Source of the DNA: Mobula hypostoma
Lineage: Eukaryota
Length of the DNA: 64,000 nt
Direction of reading: 5' to 3'
NCBI RefSeq assembly: GCF_963921235.1
Contig: NC_086108.1
Coordinates: forward strand, 84,260,001 to 84,324,000
Each line of letters starts with the position of its first letter. Positions within the stretch are counted from its first letter, which is position 1. The notes beneath the pieces were generated by a model. The model searched no databases, was not told where the DNA came from, and worked only from the letters and a program-made list of their open reading frames with translations. The position numbers were made by a program, and so were the translations under genes. This document shows positions 24,225 to 37,824 of this stretch, one piece after another.

Positions 24225-24975
24225 TAAGCACACACAACAGCATTATTTTGGCAGCATTAAGAGTTTTATTTGGGTTTTTAGCACTGGAAATAGTTACATT
24301 CGGACACGTCTCATTAGCAGGGCAGCAGTATGGTTGCATTGTTTATTCCAGGGACCAGCTGATTGCGCTTATGCCGGCCGGTTTAACGAACAAAGCGGCA
24401 GACACCCCTGCTGATATCTGGAGGAAAACACACAGAAGATGCAGAGGGGGATCACAAAGGCGAGGAAAGAGGACTGGGTCGAGATTACAGAGACTTATGG
24501 AGAAGAGGAGTTCAGTGGATAAAAAAATGGTCGAGTTGACGGCGCTAGCCAGGAGTCAGAGAACATTTCGGGAGTGCAGTGTTATGTGTTTTACTGAAAC
24601 AGGGCTGCACGAGGACATACCCGATCAAAACTTTTCCATGGATGGCTTCCAGACTGTGCGGGCTGACCGGTAGTGCTCTGAGAACGGTAAGCGTAAAGGA
24701 GTTGGGGGCTTGCTGCTCTGGTTAACAATGGATGGTGCAATCCTGGTCGTATTACGATCGAGGAACGTTTTTGTAGACTGGATACTGATCTTTTTGCTGT
24801 TGGACTCTGGCCATATTCCACCGAGATACAACACTGGGCGTCACCGGAGATTGTTCCTGCCTGTGGCCATCAAACTTTGCAGCTCCTCCTGTGGAGGGTC
24901 AGACACCCTGAGCCAATAGGCTGATCCTGGACTTATTTCCATCTGGAATCAATAAAGTATATCTACCTATCTATC
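24225..24975 (+). mobile_element. Internally deleted Rex/Babar-type LINE (5' end + partial endonuclease fused to extreme 3' end)
   Basis: ORF 24248-24673 has IVYSRDQLIAL, a basic RG/K tract, and CFTET.L and GFQTVRADR (APE endonuclease). After ~24820 it jumps to the C-terminal RHRRLFLPVAIKL motif, then AATAAA and a (CTAT)n tail. Confidence 0.8.
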
Positions 24976-25144
24976 ATTTTGAAAGGGTAATAACTTTCAC
25001 TTAAGATATTCAATACAGAAAACAAAAAAAATATATTGCAAAAGATCTGCTAGAGGAATTGAGTGTCAGTGGAGAGAAATAGACAGCTAACATCTCAGGT
25101 GAAAACTCATCATCTGGATTGATCTTTTATTTTCTTACACTTTG

Positions 25145-25470
25145 GGTGGCAGATAGATGTGGCTAGTAGATCCACTGCCTCACAGGGACCTAAGACCCAA
25201 ATTCAATCTGACCTTGTTTGTTGGCCATATAGAATTTGCATGTTCTCCCTGTGACCACACAAGTTTCTTCCTACATCCCAAAAGCATGCAGGTTGGGTGG
25301 CTAATTAGCCACTGTAAATTTTCCCTCATTTGTGAGTGGTAGAAACTAGATTGAGGTGTACTGGGTGGGAGTGGAGAGTAGATAAGAATGTGTGGAGAAC
25401 TCTAAGGGGTAAATAGGTGATTAATCGTTGTCACAGACGCAGTGAGACAAAGAACCCACTTCCATGCTCA
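25145..25470 (+). mobile_element. Old V-domain SINE
   Basis: 'gaatttgcatgttctccctgtgacc...tttcttcctacatcccaaaag' V-domain core; decayed tRNA-like head. Confidence 0.65.
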
Positions 25471-26479
25471 CTATGGCTTTCACAAACATAGATACAATCA
25501 ATTGGCCAAGATAAACCATAGCTTCTAATTGCATTCTTTCAATAAAAAGTTGACTGCTTTCAGGCAGACAAACTAAAAAGCAAATGAAACATAACGCGGC
25601 ACATGAAATTTAATGTTTTGTGAGAAAACCATTTTTGCTGAAGCAATTTTGCAATTTAAAACAAGAGCACATAATATGCTAGAACAAACTCAAGGTTTTC
25701 AATACACATCATGGATTTGTTTTTTGAATGTACATGAAAGGCATTTCAAGATATTTCCCCTCCACGAGCTTCCACTTTAAAGAACATATCCTGTTTTCAC
25801 CTACATTAACTGTCACTGATATATCTTACTGCCTCATGTACATATCCACTTAATCAAGTATACTCTGCATGAAGGAGTCACTAAACCATATTCACAATGT
25901 TTATTGAGATGTCACTGCTTTAGATTTGCTGCGTGCAAAGGCCTTTTCTCTCACCAGTGGGAATTATAAAATGGATCTCAAAAATAGTAATGAAAGGACT
26001 TAAGTGTTGCATCTTGATAAGTGACTGAAATGGCATCAGACACCCTTCTACATCATCTTGAAAGGGCACTTTTCAAAATGATTAACAGGCTGCATGTGGT
26101 ACAAATGTAGCAATACTGCTACGTTGTCAGCATGTAATTGGAAACAGATAGGCTGTATCACATCTATAAGTTGGAATTTTCTCTGACAATGAGCTGAAGC
26201 CCAGAGCAGCAACATTCTTAAACTACGAAAGAAAATGTTAACCATCTCCAAGGCAAGTCTACATTAAAAGACACTCAAAGGGAGGAAACAAAACCAACAT
26301 CATATTAGAGAACATTAACACCAAAATTTTTCACATTTCCATATGCAAATACTGCCTAATGGTACAAGTTATCAATTCCCTTAGAATTAATATAAATTCT
26401 CGTTCTCAAAAAAGGCAATTTGTAATAGAAGCTGACAATGGAAGAGGAGACAGTTAATTTTAATTAGATGTCCTTGGGT

Positions 26480-26945
26480 TAGAGTCATACAGCATGGATA
26501 CAGGTCTTTGGCCCAATTTACCCATACCAGCCAAGGTGGCTTATTAAACTAATCCCAATCGCCTGAATCTGGCTCATATCCCTCTCAGTCCTTTTTATCA
26601 ATGTACCAGTACAAACGACGTTTAACTGTTGGTCATAGGGGCTGACGCCATAGAAACTAGCCCTATAGCGCAACTCATCCATGCCAACTGTGTTGTAAAG
26701 CAAACTAGTCCCATCTGCCCATATTTGTCCCACATTCCTCCAAATCCCTCCCACCCATGCATTTACCCAGATGGCTTTTAAATATTGCTAACGTGCCTAC
26801 CTCAACCACTATTTCTGGCAGTTCATTCCAAACACACACCACATTTTGCATGAAGAAACTGCCCCTGATGTCCCTTTTAAAACTCTTGCCTTTTTTTAAG
26901 CACCCCATCCCTGGGGGTAAAAACTGTGCGCTTTCACTCTGTGCA
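26480..26945 (-). mobile_element. Tandem CR1 3' fragments
   Basis: ORF 26705-26908 SFKRDIRGSFFMQNVVCVWNELPE..VEVGTL..FKSHL is the CR1 ORF2 C-terminus; two tails in tandem. Confidence 0.75.
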
Positions 26946-29299
26946 GGAATTTCATGATCTGATTAACTTGTCTTAAGAATGGGTATTTATTTCTGGTTGG
27001 CACTGTATAACATTCTTGATGAATTTCCAGCTTGCTACACTGACCCATCCTGAACAAAGCAAAATTCCATGGCATAACTTTACAAATCGTTGCATGATAA
27101 CAAGGACGGCTCATTCAGTGCAGAGCAAGCATTGGGTATTAAACAGGTTGGCAACAAGGCAAGAATATCATTGCTGGGATTTTTTTGGCATTTGTGCGTG
27201 TACCACCCAAACCAACTTTCGTATAATGCCTTTAGCAAAGTATTATCTAGATAAGTTACTTCACAGCAGCTTAATCAAATGGATATTAACAATGAGCCAA
27301 AGGAAGGGATAAATAGAGAGATGATCCAGAGCATGGTCAAACAGGGAGGATTGAAAGGAGCTAAAATTCATGCAATGTTACCCTGCCCTCCAAGCTAATA
27401 TTCAAAAGTTGATCTGTGACACAGAACAAACCTTTGTCCTTCAGTACATGACATAGAGCCTCAATGAACTTAACAGACTGCATCAGTCCACCATATGGTT
27501 CAAGCTTTTAAGAGTACAACAGACATCTGTCCTACAATATTTATTAATCTGCTCTCTCATTACCTTTTTCACTATCAGTATGACAGAGGTGAGACAGACA
27601 AATACCATGTTTGCCAAATTTTCTTTTAAACTATATCTTGGATTTTATACGACAGCTGTGACACGTAAAAGAAAACATACTGTGTGGCTTCCACGCAGCT
27701 GATGTGAGCCAACAAAAGGAAGACTGTCTCTCCCAAGTTAATGCTGGACTCCAGTAAGAACCTCGTTTCCTTAAACCGCTGATCTAATCACTGAAGTCTG
27801 CTCAATAGCACCATCTGTTCAAGGTAATGAATAAAGTGAGAGAGTATCTCCAGATTCTAATAACATTTTAAACTGCATTGAAACCCTGAAGTCTCAATTG
27901 TACCCTTAATCAATCTCACAGACTGTGTAACTTAATACATCAACATTACACTACTTACCAAAATGATGTTCAATTTTGAAGAACTTCTGATGTTTCCAGC
28001 AATAACATTTGAATACTCTTGAAAAATAAAAGCTAAGTAAACTCCAACTTGTCAATCTTGAATTACTGCTAGTTACTCTAAAACAAGTTGGTGCAAAAAA
28101 AATGTGTATTTAAATCTCAATGTTTTTTTATTGCACGTGACAATAACCTAAGAGATATTGCTGGTAATAAGGGGTAACTAAAGACAATGTTAACAGCATA
28201 GAAAGACACATCGCCACCCAAAAGAGCAGGTGTACCAACACACTGCATACATGGAAAGATATTACTAAACTCGTAGTGATTAAAAATACAAAATAAAAAA
28301 CACACTATATTTTCATATTTTCAGAACATAAAAAAATTATAAGACATAATGAGGACTTGAATGTGAAACTCCCAAACTCTTCCCTCTCTTGGGTTCTACT
28401 GCAAAAAACTGTTAAAGCTGCAGGCCATTCAGCCACTTGAGTCTATTGATTCATTCACAGAAATAAATTGCTTCTTTAAGTAGATTTTTCTGCATTGATT
28501 CTGTTACCCTTAGTAGCATTGCTCAATGTTTTTTATTGCTAATTGCTTTTTAATTAAATATGGAAATACTTACTTGTTGGCAAATACTTTAGCTGACATT
28601 GAACAAAAAAAATTTGTATTACACTATAAAGTTTTTGATTAACTTTCAACGCATTTGCATTTTACACATGCTGACTAAAAACTCCAAATTTTTAACAAAA
28701 AACTGTTAAAAACCGCGATGTATTACATCAATGTCAACTGTTCTAAAGCAGTCCGGAAATAATGCAAATTCTTTAGCATTTGACAAATCTTCCCCTGTTC
28801 CCAATAACGCTTTCTGCAAATGTTTAAAAATCTTGTGATCTCAATCCTATTATGAATTAGTAACCCTTGATAATTGACTCCCTAATTACCCCAATAATTT
28901 GATCATTAATTTGGGCCAGATCCCCAAGGCAAATGTGGAACTTTGCGTCTTGCATCAGTGGTGGCTCAATTGATAGCATACATTCACCTATGAATCAGAT
29001 TGCTCCAATATCAAGACACTGGAGATTCCAATCCTGAAACCTGAGCAGAAAAATCTTGGCTCATGCTATAATATGGCTGCGAGTCACTGAATGCTCTCAG
29101 GGGAGTCACTGAACCAAGGCCCATCTAAAGGTGCTCTCTCCTTGATGATTATAAACTGGATATATTTCACATACACATACAAACAACCCGTCCCATTTAA
29201 GCAAGGTTTTCCCCCCTCCATGCATTAACCTTTTCCTAAGAAGTATAGAGTGAGTGTGAGGAACTGAATGTAATTAGAATTAACAAGATTATAGTGCTG

Positions 29300-29740
29300 G
29301 TGAAGTTAGTGAAACTGAGGTTTTGTTTCCTCAAGCTTGAATTGGGCTTCGCTGTAACCATGCAAGAAGCCTTGGGCAGAAAGATCAAGCTGGATGAGGA
29401 ATGGTGAGTTAAAGTGGTTGTCAATCGGATGCAAAATCAAAGAGTGAAATTTCTCTGCATAACAATCATGCAAGATGCGTATTGCTTCTCTAGTGTAGAG
29501 GAGACCACAATGCACTAGATTGGAAGAGGTACATGTGAATCACTACTTCACCTGGAAATAAAATTTGGGTTCCTGGGTGGTGGGAAGGGGAGTGGTGACA
29601 GGACAGGTGTTGCACTTAATGTAGTTACATAGGAATGAGCCACAAGACAGGGAGTAATAGACAGACCATGGACTTGCTCCCTTTCAAAAGCAAAAAGGAG
29701 ATGGGAGGGGAATGTTTGCCTGATGATGGAGTCTTATAGA
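29300..29740 (-). mobile_element. Degraded Penelope-like fragment (GIY-YIG region)
   Basis: ORF 29306-29515 (CGLLYTRE...HFNSP...GFLH...KLEE) parallels the GIY-YIG peptide at 38198-38521. Confidence 0.6.
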
Positions 29741-30959
29741 ATTTGTAGAATTATTCTGCACAGAAACAGGCCCTTAGTGTTGGTTGGTCTGCTAAATGTT
29801 TCCAGTATTTTCATAGGACTATCAGGATTATATAATAGAAGCCAAAGTATTCCAACAGCATCCTTCTGTAATTATTTAGAGATTCTCTCATCTTGTAATA
29901 GTAATTATCAATTTTTTCTCCCATCTTTTGTTCATACACTTCCTTTGAGTTTACTCAGATTCTTCTATTTTTGTTACTTGAGATGTAAAGAATTTCCATT
30001 TTATTTCCTACACTTCAAGATTATTTTCGTAGTAATGCTGTGATTAGTCCTAACTCTTCCTTCTGCTATGACTCCAAAAGTCCAAAGAATTTTTATCAGT
30101 TGCCTCTTTGTACCATATTCTTTACTTCCAAAAGACTTCACAATAAACCAACTCTGGAGGACTCACTGTGCTCCAAACCCAAATAAGCATTATCCTTACC
30201 ATATCAATTCTCTCCTGCTATCAAAAGAAAAATTTTCCACATGAAAGACTCCTTGTTCTCCTAAAACTATTCCCACTGAGCTCCTGCCTGACTCTCCTTC
30301 GGTAAGAGCATCAATGATTCCTTCCCCTGCAGTAACACGCAATCAAATTTCTTCAACACGTCATTCCCTTTCTGTGAGCCTCACATTTGAAATGCTCCAA
30401 TAATGTGTCTCCTCTGTCACAGAACAAAGACACTACCTGTGATAATTAACATTTTCTATGTGACTCTGGCTGTCAGAATCTCTCTCCTTATCCCACTTAA
30501 CTTGTGTGCAACCTTGGGTGTGTATTAAACACAGAAACCACTTCTGAAGTCTTTTCCATTGTCTACCTGAGTAGGCCTGTTCTTGCCTGGCTTCATTCAT
30601 ATCCATGAAATCAAAGCCTGAAAGTTTCTCTTCCCACGCCAGCACAATTATCTCAGGAGGTCCTCATAGCAATATTGTTAATCCCTTTCTATTTTAATAT
30701 ACACGCTACACTTTTCAGAAATATCCTCCGCACAGATTTCACGTGTGCCGATCATATCAAGCCCCATATAATCACCCTTCTCATCACACCTATTGTCTAT
30801 GATTTGTCATGCTGCTTATCTACCATATATTGAACAAATATTTACTCCAATTAAATGCTAGCAAAGATTCAGCCGCCAGCTAAAGCTGTTCCATTGAATT
30901 ATTTCCTTCTTAATCACTGCCACAGGATGGACCAGACACCTTTTAACTTCCATGAATTA

Positions 30960-31721
30960 CAGTAGCAAGAAAACGCGTGTGTGCCCTTTGCAATCACCTG
31001 GTTTTCTGCATTAATTACTCATAAATGTGGTCTGATCTTCATCTAAGTCACATTAATACACAAGAACAATCTGCCTAAACTAATAACACAAAAAATGGTA
31101 CTTTTCATGTCTTTATTGAAGTCATTGTTTAATCATTCACAGTCCAGGCTGGAAAAAGTATGTGAACCCTTATATTTAATAAAGATAAACCTCCTTTGGC
31201 AGCAATAACCTCCACTAAACATTTCCTGTAGCTGCTGATCAGACTTGCACAAGAGCGAGGAGGAATTTTAAACCATTCCTCAATATTTCTGGAATACCTT
31301 GCATGAACAGCCCTCTTCAGGTCATGCCATAGCATCTCAATTGGGTTAAGGTCTGAACTCTGACTTGGTCATTCCAAAGCATGAAATTTCTTCTTTTTAA
31401 ACCATTCTGCTGTTGATTTACTCTTTTGTTTCGGATCATTATCTTGTTGCATCATCCAACTCCTATTAAGCTTCAGGTGACGGACCACCACCCTGACATT
31501 CTCCAGAAGTTCGCATACTTTTTTGAACCTAGACTGTGATTGTTTAAATGGTGTACTCAGTATTGACGAGAAGAAGTACAATTGTTTGCGTGTCAACAGT
31601 TTAGTTAATTTGTGTTTGTTATTGTGACTTAAAGATTTTAAAAAATCAGACCACATTTTATGAGTAATTAATGCAGAAAATCTGGTAACTGCAAAGGCTT
31701 CACAAAATTTTTTTGCAACTG
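30960..31721 (-). mobile_element. Tc1-family DNA transposon deletion derivative with long inverted termini
   Basis: TA|CAGTAGCAAGAAAA ... TTTTTTGCAACTG termini; inverted arms (ttttctgcattaattactcataaatgtggtctgat / atcagaccacattttatgagtaattaatgcagaaaa). Transposase remnant MQQDNDPK.KSKST.EW...PSQSSDLNPIEMLWHDLKRAV (DD34E region). Confidence 0.9.
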
Positions 31722-32814
31722 TGTGTGAACCTGAGCTAAGGTTCTGAACACCTCAACAACCTTTACCACATCTTTGGAGTATCATGAGTTTGCCCCGTCT
31801 TTATCTGCTCAAAAGCTGAAAAATTAAACTTTGTTTTGTTGTTTTATCAGTGCTCAATTTACTCTGTCCTCTTCCATCATTTACCTTAAACATGGTCCAA
31901 AATTATGATGACCTTTTCATAATCTATGCTGAGTTTCAATTTCTAACACGCTCATGCATCACCTTTCTACTATTTTCTAACTATAGGGCTCATTGTCAAT
32001 TTTTGTGCCTTAATGTTGCCATAAAATAGACTGACACCGTTTACATAAAAGAGTATTAGATAAATGCAAACAATTGGTGATTGCAATTAAGTGGGTACAT
32101 GTTGACCTCTGACTTCTGCTCCAGCTGTCTGCAGCTTAGCACATACATATTTTTAAAAATGCCATCTATACACCATGCAACAGACTCCCCTCCTTACCTA
32201 CTGGAGAATTCAATCAGATGTTAGCCTGCCCACTGATGCTACATTCTAATTTTCATTTGCGAGGGATTGTTTTGAATGTTTACGTTCCAAATGAAATCAC
32301 AAGTCCTCGCACTTCCACCATCACAATAGTTTAACAATAGAACTTCATGGATAAAAATCTAAACAGTTACACAATCATAACATGCTTTTTCTGTCCCAAT
32401 GGTTTTTCAAGTATTTAGGGAATAATTAGAGGTGAACTAAAAGAGTAAAGTTAGAAACAAGAATATTTAAATTTTCCATGCAAGGGCGCATGCAAATCTC
32501 AAACTACATAAATAATACAATTTTGCATTTGAAATATTAAAAATTTGTGATGCATATGAAATTAAAGGTTTAGAGCTTAGTATAATTAACATAAAATGAG
32601 TCAAATCCTCATTGTTACATAAAATAATTGAAGCACATTTATTATTTACTTATATTTTAGTTATGACTATCTTTCAAAAGAGTATTATCACTTCAAAAAT
32701 AAAAAAAGTTTACTTAACAGCAAAAGTACATAACAGCCACAGGCATGAATTTCGACCCTCCCATGCTCCAATAAAAAAATAAATTTGTTCAATAAAGATG
32801 TCAGAAATACATAC

Positions 32815-33065
32815 AGTAGCGTAGTGATTAGCACAAACCTAACCCTAATTCCCACACTGCTTGTAAGGAGTTTATATGTTCTCCCTGTGACCACGTGGGT
32901 TTCCTCAGGGTGCTCTGGTTTCCTCCCACAGTCCAAAGACATTGCAGTTGGTAAGTTAATTGGTCGTTGTAAATAGTCCCGTGATTAGGCTAGGATTAAA
33001 TTGGAGGATTGCTGAGCAACATGGCTCGAGAGGTCAAAAGGGCCTATTCTGTGCTGTATATCAAT
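32815..33065 (+). mobile_element. V-domain (HE1-like) tRNA-derived SINE
   Basis: Core 'gtgggtttcctcagggtgctctggtttcctcccacagtccaaagac' and CR1-like tail 'aagggcctattctgtgctgtat'. Confidence 0.85.
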
Positions 33066-33249
33066 TTTAAAAACATTTTTAAAACATTCATTGCACAACT
33101 TGAGCCTTTTCAATAAGGCATTCAACGTTAACTGTTGTTTTCTTACTATATACTGAGCGACTGAAAAATAACTTGTATATTTCACCCCATCTGGAGGAAA
33201 AATATTGTTGAAGAATTCATCACTGACACTACTGCCAGAAATTCAGATA

Positions 33250-33980
33250 GTGATGAGAAGGTGAACAAGGTGGGGCAAATAGGCTTGTTGAGTAGTGTCA
33301 ATTAATCAACAAGGTAGTTAATTGTGGACTTCAGGAAGGGAAAGTTGTGAGAAAACATGGCAGTCTTCATTTCAGGTTCAGTGGTGGGAAGGGTGAGCAG
33401 CATTACCTTCCTGGGTACCAACATTTCAGGAGATCTATCTTGGGCCGAGGTCTTTGACACAATCACAAAGGAGGCACACCAGTGTCTATACTTCATTCAG
33501 AGTTTCAGCAGATTTCATACGTCACCATAAACTCGGGTAACAAATTTCTACCGATGGACGGTGGACAGCATTCCGATTGATTGCATCACAGCCTGATATG
33601 GAGGCTCCAATGTGCAGATTCGAAAGAGGCTGCAGGGGACTGTAGACTCAGCTGTTCCATCACCAGCACAACCCTCCCCATAATCAAGGGCATCTTCAAG
33701 AGGTGGTACCTCAAGAAGGTGACATCCATTATTAAGGACCCTTAACATTTGGGACATGCCTTCTTCTCATTACAATCATCAGGGAGAAAGTACAGGAGCC
33801 TGAAGACCCACACTCAGCATTTTAAGAACAACTGCTTCCATCTGCCATCAGATTTCTGAATGGCCCATGAACACTACCTCACTATTCCTCACTTGCACTA
33901 TTTATGTAGTTATTGCAGCTTACAGTAATTTGTATGTCTTGCACTGTATTGTTGCCATAAAATGACAATAAACCTGATTC
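33250..33980 (+). mobile_element. Degraded Rex/Babar-type LINE 3' portion
   Basis: Remnants of VDFRK, FLG..IS.DLSW and Q.LYF.R motifs as in 60129-60660; tail 'atgacaataaacctgattct'. Confidence 0.75.
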
Positions 33981-35232
33981 TCATATGAGAGACTGCAGAT
34001 GCTGGAATGCTGACAGACTCGGGCTGCCCCAGCGCATCCTTGGGCTGTGTTAGTCATTGAAGCAAACAACTCATTTCACTGTATGTTTCAATTCCACTTC
34101 CACTTCATGATCCTCTCTCCACACCCACTGCTCTCACTCTCCATCTCTGCCTGATTCTCCTTACCCAACCTTAGTCCCCACTATCAACACGAACAGATCA
34201 CAACTTCTAATGCCTTAAAAACCAAAGATTATGAATGCAAGGCCTTTATCCAAGTTCAGTGCTGTAAACTGTATTGTACCAGATGATCACATAGCATTTG
34301 CTCTTAGTGCATTCAATAACTTCATTTTCAGTGCATGTACTTATTTTTCTGGACAAGTATATTTGTGCAGAGCTTTTGATTAATTCCAGTTTGTTAACTC
34401 CAGAATGTTGAACGGTAGACTACAAGAAAGGAAACTAGATGTCAAACCACAGGCTACAAGAGCAGATGGGTTAGTTAAGAATTTTTTTTGATGAATAGAA
34501 TGAAATGCTAATAATCAGCTTTGGAAAAATAAACCAGCACCTACTGTAGTTGATTACATCAGGGAGGGATGCAGTCTTATCAGCAATTACATTAGCTCAG
34601 AAGAGCTTTTGAAAATTACTTACCTGACAGCCAACTTGCACTGAACAATCAAAACCACAATCAAAGTATTTATCTGAGTGACCAAAAAAGCAAAAATTGG
34701 TCGCAAATCAGCATAAACTCCCAAACTTTTCTTTAGACTCACAGGATTCTTTAGCTTCGTGCAAAAAGGCATGCAAAGTCTTGGTAGAGCATATCAGTTG
34801 AAAAGTAACACCTTTGTTACTAGACCATTCCCAGAGTACCATAGTGAACTGTCAAAATGACAGATTTATAATTGCAATACAAGTTAATTGGATTCCAATG
34901 TACATTGATTGAAAAGCACAGAAGTCCACAGGTAAACTAGAAATAGGACGACTTAGACAATAGGCAGTAGGATCCTTGATTACCTCCTTTAGAAATAAGG
35001 CTAATGAACAATGCCTTAAGAAATCAACCCTGAAAGTAAAGAGATATAAATGAAGGTTTTTCCAGCAAATGAGCTGACACAGCTGGTATGATATTAGAGG
35101 CAGAAGCTGATACTCTTTATTTTGGAGAGATACCAAATTTGAAAATCAATTCAAGTATTTCAAAGGTTACAGAGTGTCTAATTCAGTATGGCAAACAATG
35201 GAAAATAAATTATAGTTGGAATGATTTCTTAC

Positions 35233-35325
35233 TTTGGAAAGATTGCTGTCATCTGTGCAGAGGCAAATCCTTTTCTGCAGCCACCTTCTGTGATATTTCC
35301 ATTTTTATAGCTCAATTCTGCTGAG
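35233..35325 (-). CDS. ST3GAL3: ST3GAL3 internal stem-region exon, 93 nt, phase 2 in / phase 2 out
   Basis: Minus strand tctctcttcctctag|C TCA GCA GAA ... ATC TTT CCA AA|gtaaga = (T)SAELSYKNGNITEGGCRKGFASAQMTAIFP(K). Aligns to recalled human LPAELATKYANFSEGACKPGYASALMTAIFPR, keeping the Cys and an N-x-S/T sequon. In frame with the 40-nt exon across a ~12.9 kb intron. Confidence 0.95.
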
Positions 35326-37824
35326 CTAGAGGAAGAGAGAACAATATTAAAAACAAGTAAGATTACTAATACAGAAGCACTAGACAGACACAAAAATTAC
35401 AGAAGGGGTCAATTCAGGACTTTACACTAACAAATGCTGCAAAAAAAAAGTAGTCTAATTTACCTCACTCTTATATTCATTTCATTCCTAAATGGTTGCC
35501 ATGGATATAAATTCTAACATTACTGCTGGCCTGATATTTTCTGCATTTCAAAAAAAATCTGCTAATTTTTTCATGGATTTGGGACTGAAAAGTATGTATT
35601 TCTTTACCGGCCAACCAATCCACAGAAACTGCTCTCCTTGTTTACTTTTTCGGTGTTTTTTATAATTCTAAATAGCTCTCTCAGACTTCCTCAACAAAAT
35701 GAGCCTCAGCTTCTCTAGTCCCTCCCTCCACATAATGTGCCTGACATTTCTGTTATCATTTTAATAAATAACTTCTCTCTCCTCATTGTGGCATTTACCT
35801 TCTTCCTGAAATAAAGTCCCAAAATTAGATGCAGTAACAACTTGTACTTGCACGATGCCTTTAATAAAATATCTCAAGGCACATTCAAGGAACAAAATTT
35901 GTGACACAAGGAGAGATCTTCCTCAACTCTGTTAAAGAGTGACTGAAAAGCAGAGAAAGGAGGGAGATGATTAAAGCATGGGGCGAGAGCAGCTAAAGAC
36001 ACCAAATGAATGGTGTAGGGAAGGGAGCTGAGGATGCTTTCATTGTTAAGAATATTAGCGTTTCCCAAAGTGTACTGGATCATATTTTCAAAGTTGATCT
36101 ATACCTGCCACCTATTTCTTCATCCTGTTGACTATCTCCAGCAAGCTTTCTTAGTTTGCCAAGATCTAAACATTACTATCATTCTGCAAACAAGTTCTGC
36201 AATACCAATTCGTATTTTTGAGAGGACTGGTAGACCTAATAGCGCAGTAGTCTTTTCATTTAGTAAACTGATTCAGTCAAAAGCAATGCCTTGTTCCCCT
36301 CTTCCCTTTCATGCTAGTTATTAAATACTGTCCAAAGGTAATTTAATAACTTCCCTTTTGGACTGGCAATGAATTGTTCATGAATAATTCACAGCCCATA
36401 ATGGCATTGAGTGAATTCACCATGTAGTTGGAGCATGTATTCCTTGCAGTTGAACAACTGGCAACTCTCTGCCAAAGTCCTGAAGTAAGTTGGCAAAACC
36501 TTGCTTTTACCTGCAAACTTGTACCCTGCACTAATAAGTCATGATCTTTGCCAAACGCTTCCTCTAAACAACCACAATAACCATGTACAAAACATGTAAA
36601 CAACATACATCTTAATTCTCCAGTTAAAATAATTGATTAGGCTGATACTCCTGAACTTAAGTACATAGGCTTTCAAAAAGCCATCAAAAATATCTAATAA
36701 TCTTCTATAACGTAAGAATGGAATAGAACATAGCCTGTATGACTTTAAATTCCTTAGGGTGCAGCCACATAAACTGTTTGTTACTAAGAGCACATGCTGA
36801 TATTTCTAAATTGCACCAGTGATTTAGCCTAAAACTACACTAAACCTAACATATATTGTGCTCGTGGTTAAGACAAACTCTTACTGTTAATTCAACTGAA
36901 GTTCATAAATTGTCAAACTTAGTTACCTTTATCCCAGTTCTTGGGATCATAAAGCTACGTTATAGGGAATTCAATGAGCCAGATCTCTCTCCGTTAATGG
37001 TCAATAATTTCATGGGGAGCTGTCATGTTTAAACTGAGGCAGCTGCATATCTGGACCAGATCTAGGGACAGTTGTAAAACAGAGTGAAATAAAAAGAATG
37101 CTGGAAACAGTCAGCAAATCAAACAGCAGGGAAACCGTATTTCAGGTCAAAAAAACCTTTTCACAATATGCAGGGTTTTTGTTTTGCTTTCTGGATTGTA
37201 CGGAGCTGAAGAGTGGGTTGTACCTTACACCCAACTCCTCGGCTTTAAGCCAGCCATGGTGACTGAAAGAGCAACAACCCCATTTATTTGAAGAAGCTCA
37301 AGCTGCATTTTGCCTTTATTATTTCACTAGATATTTATGTCTTTTAATGTTTCATTCACTTCAAATTATAGTTCTTTGTATTAACTGGTTAAATGTTGCT
37401 TTAATTATTTAAATCTATTTAGCCTGCTTTCTAACTGTGTGACTTTATGACAAAAACATTGACTTTCTTGCACTCAAATTCACCTACAATAAAGGTATAT
37501 GTAGATGCCAATTAAATTTCAGTGATTTATGTATAACACCATCCAGATACTTCTGGATATAAATACGTTTCAGTTGTTCACCATTTCACAAACATTCCAC
37601 CTGCTTTAACTGAAGTGAACCACCTCACATTTTTCCACATTACATTCCACTTGCCCATTCACTTTATGTCCATCTCCTCCAAAGCATCTCTGCACCTTCT
37701 TAACAATGAAGTCTGCCACCCAGCAAACTATATTTGTTTTCTCATCCAAAATACCGATGCAGGTGGTAAACAGCATGGGTTGCCGCACCAATCCCTGCCC
37801 AGTAGTTAGAGATTCCCAAACTGG

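Noticed and set aside
34616..34630. acttacctg resembling the U1 snRNA 5' end
   Set aside because: No U1 body follows; it is the complement of a consensus splice donor, reported as a finding.
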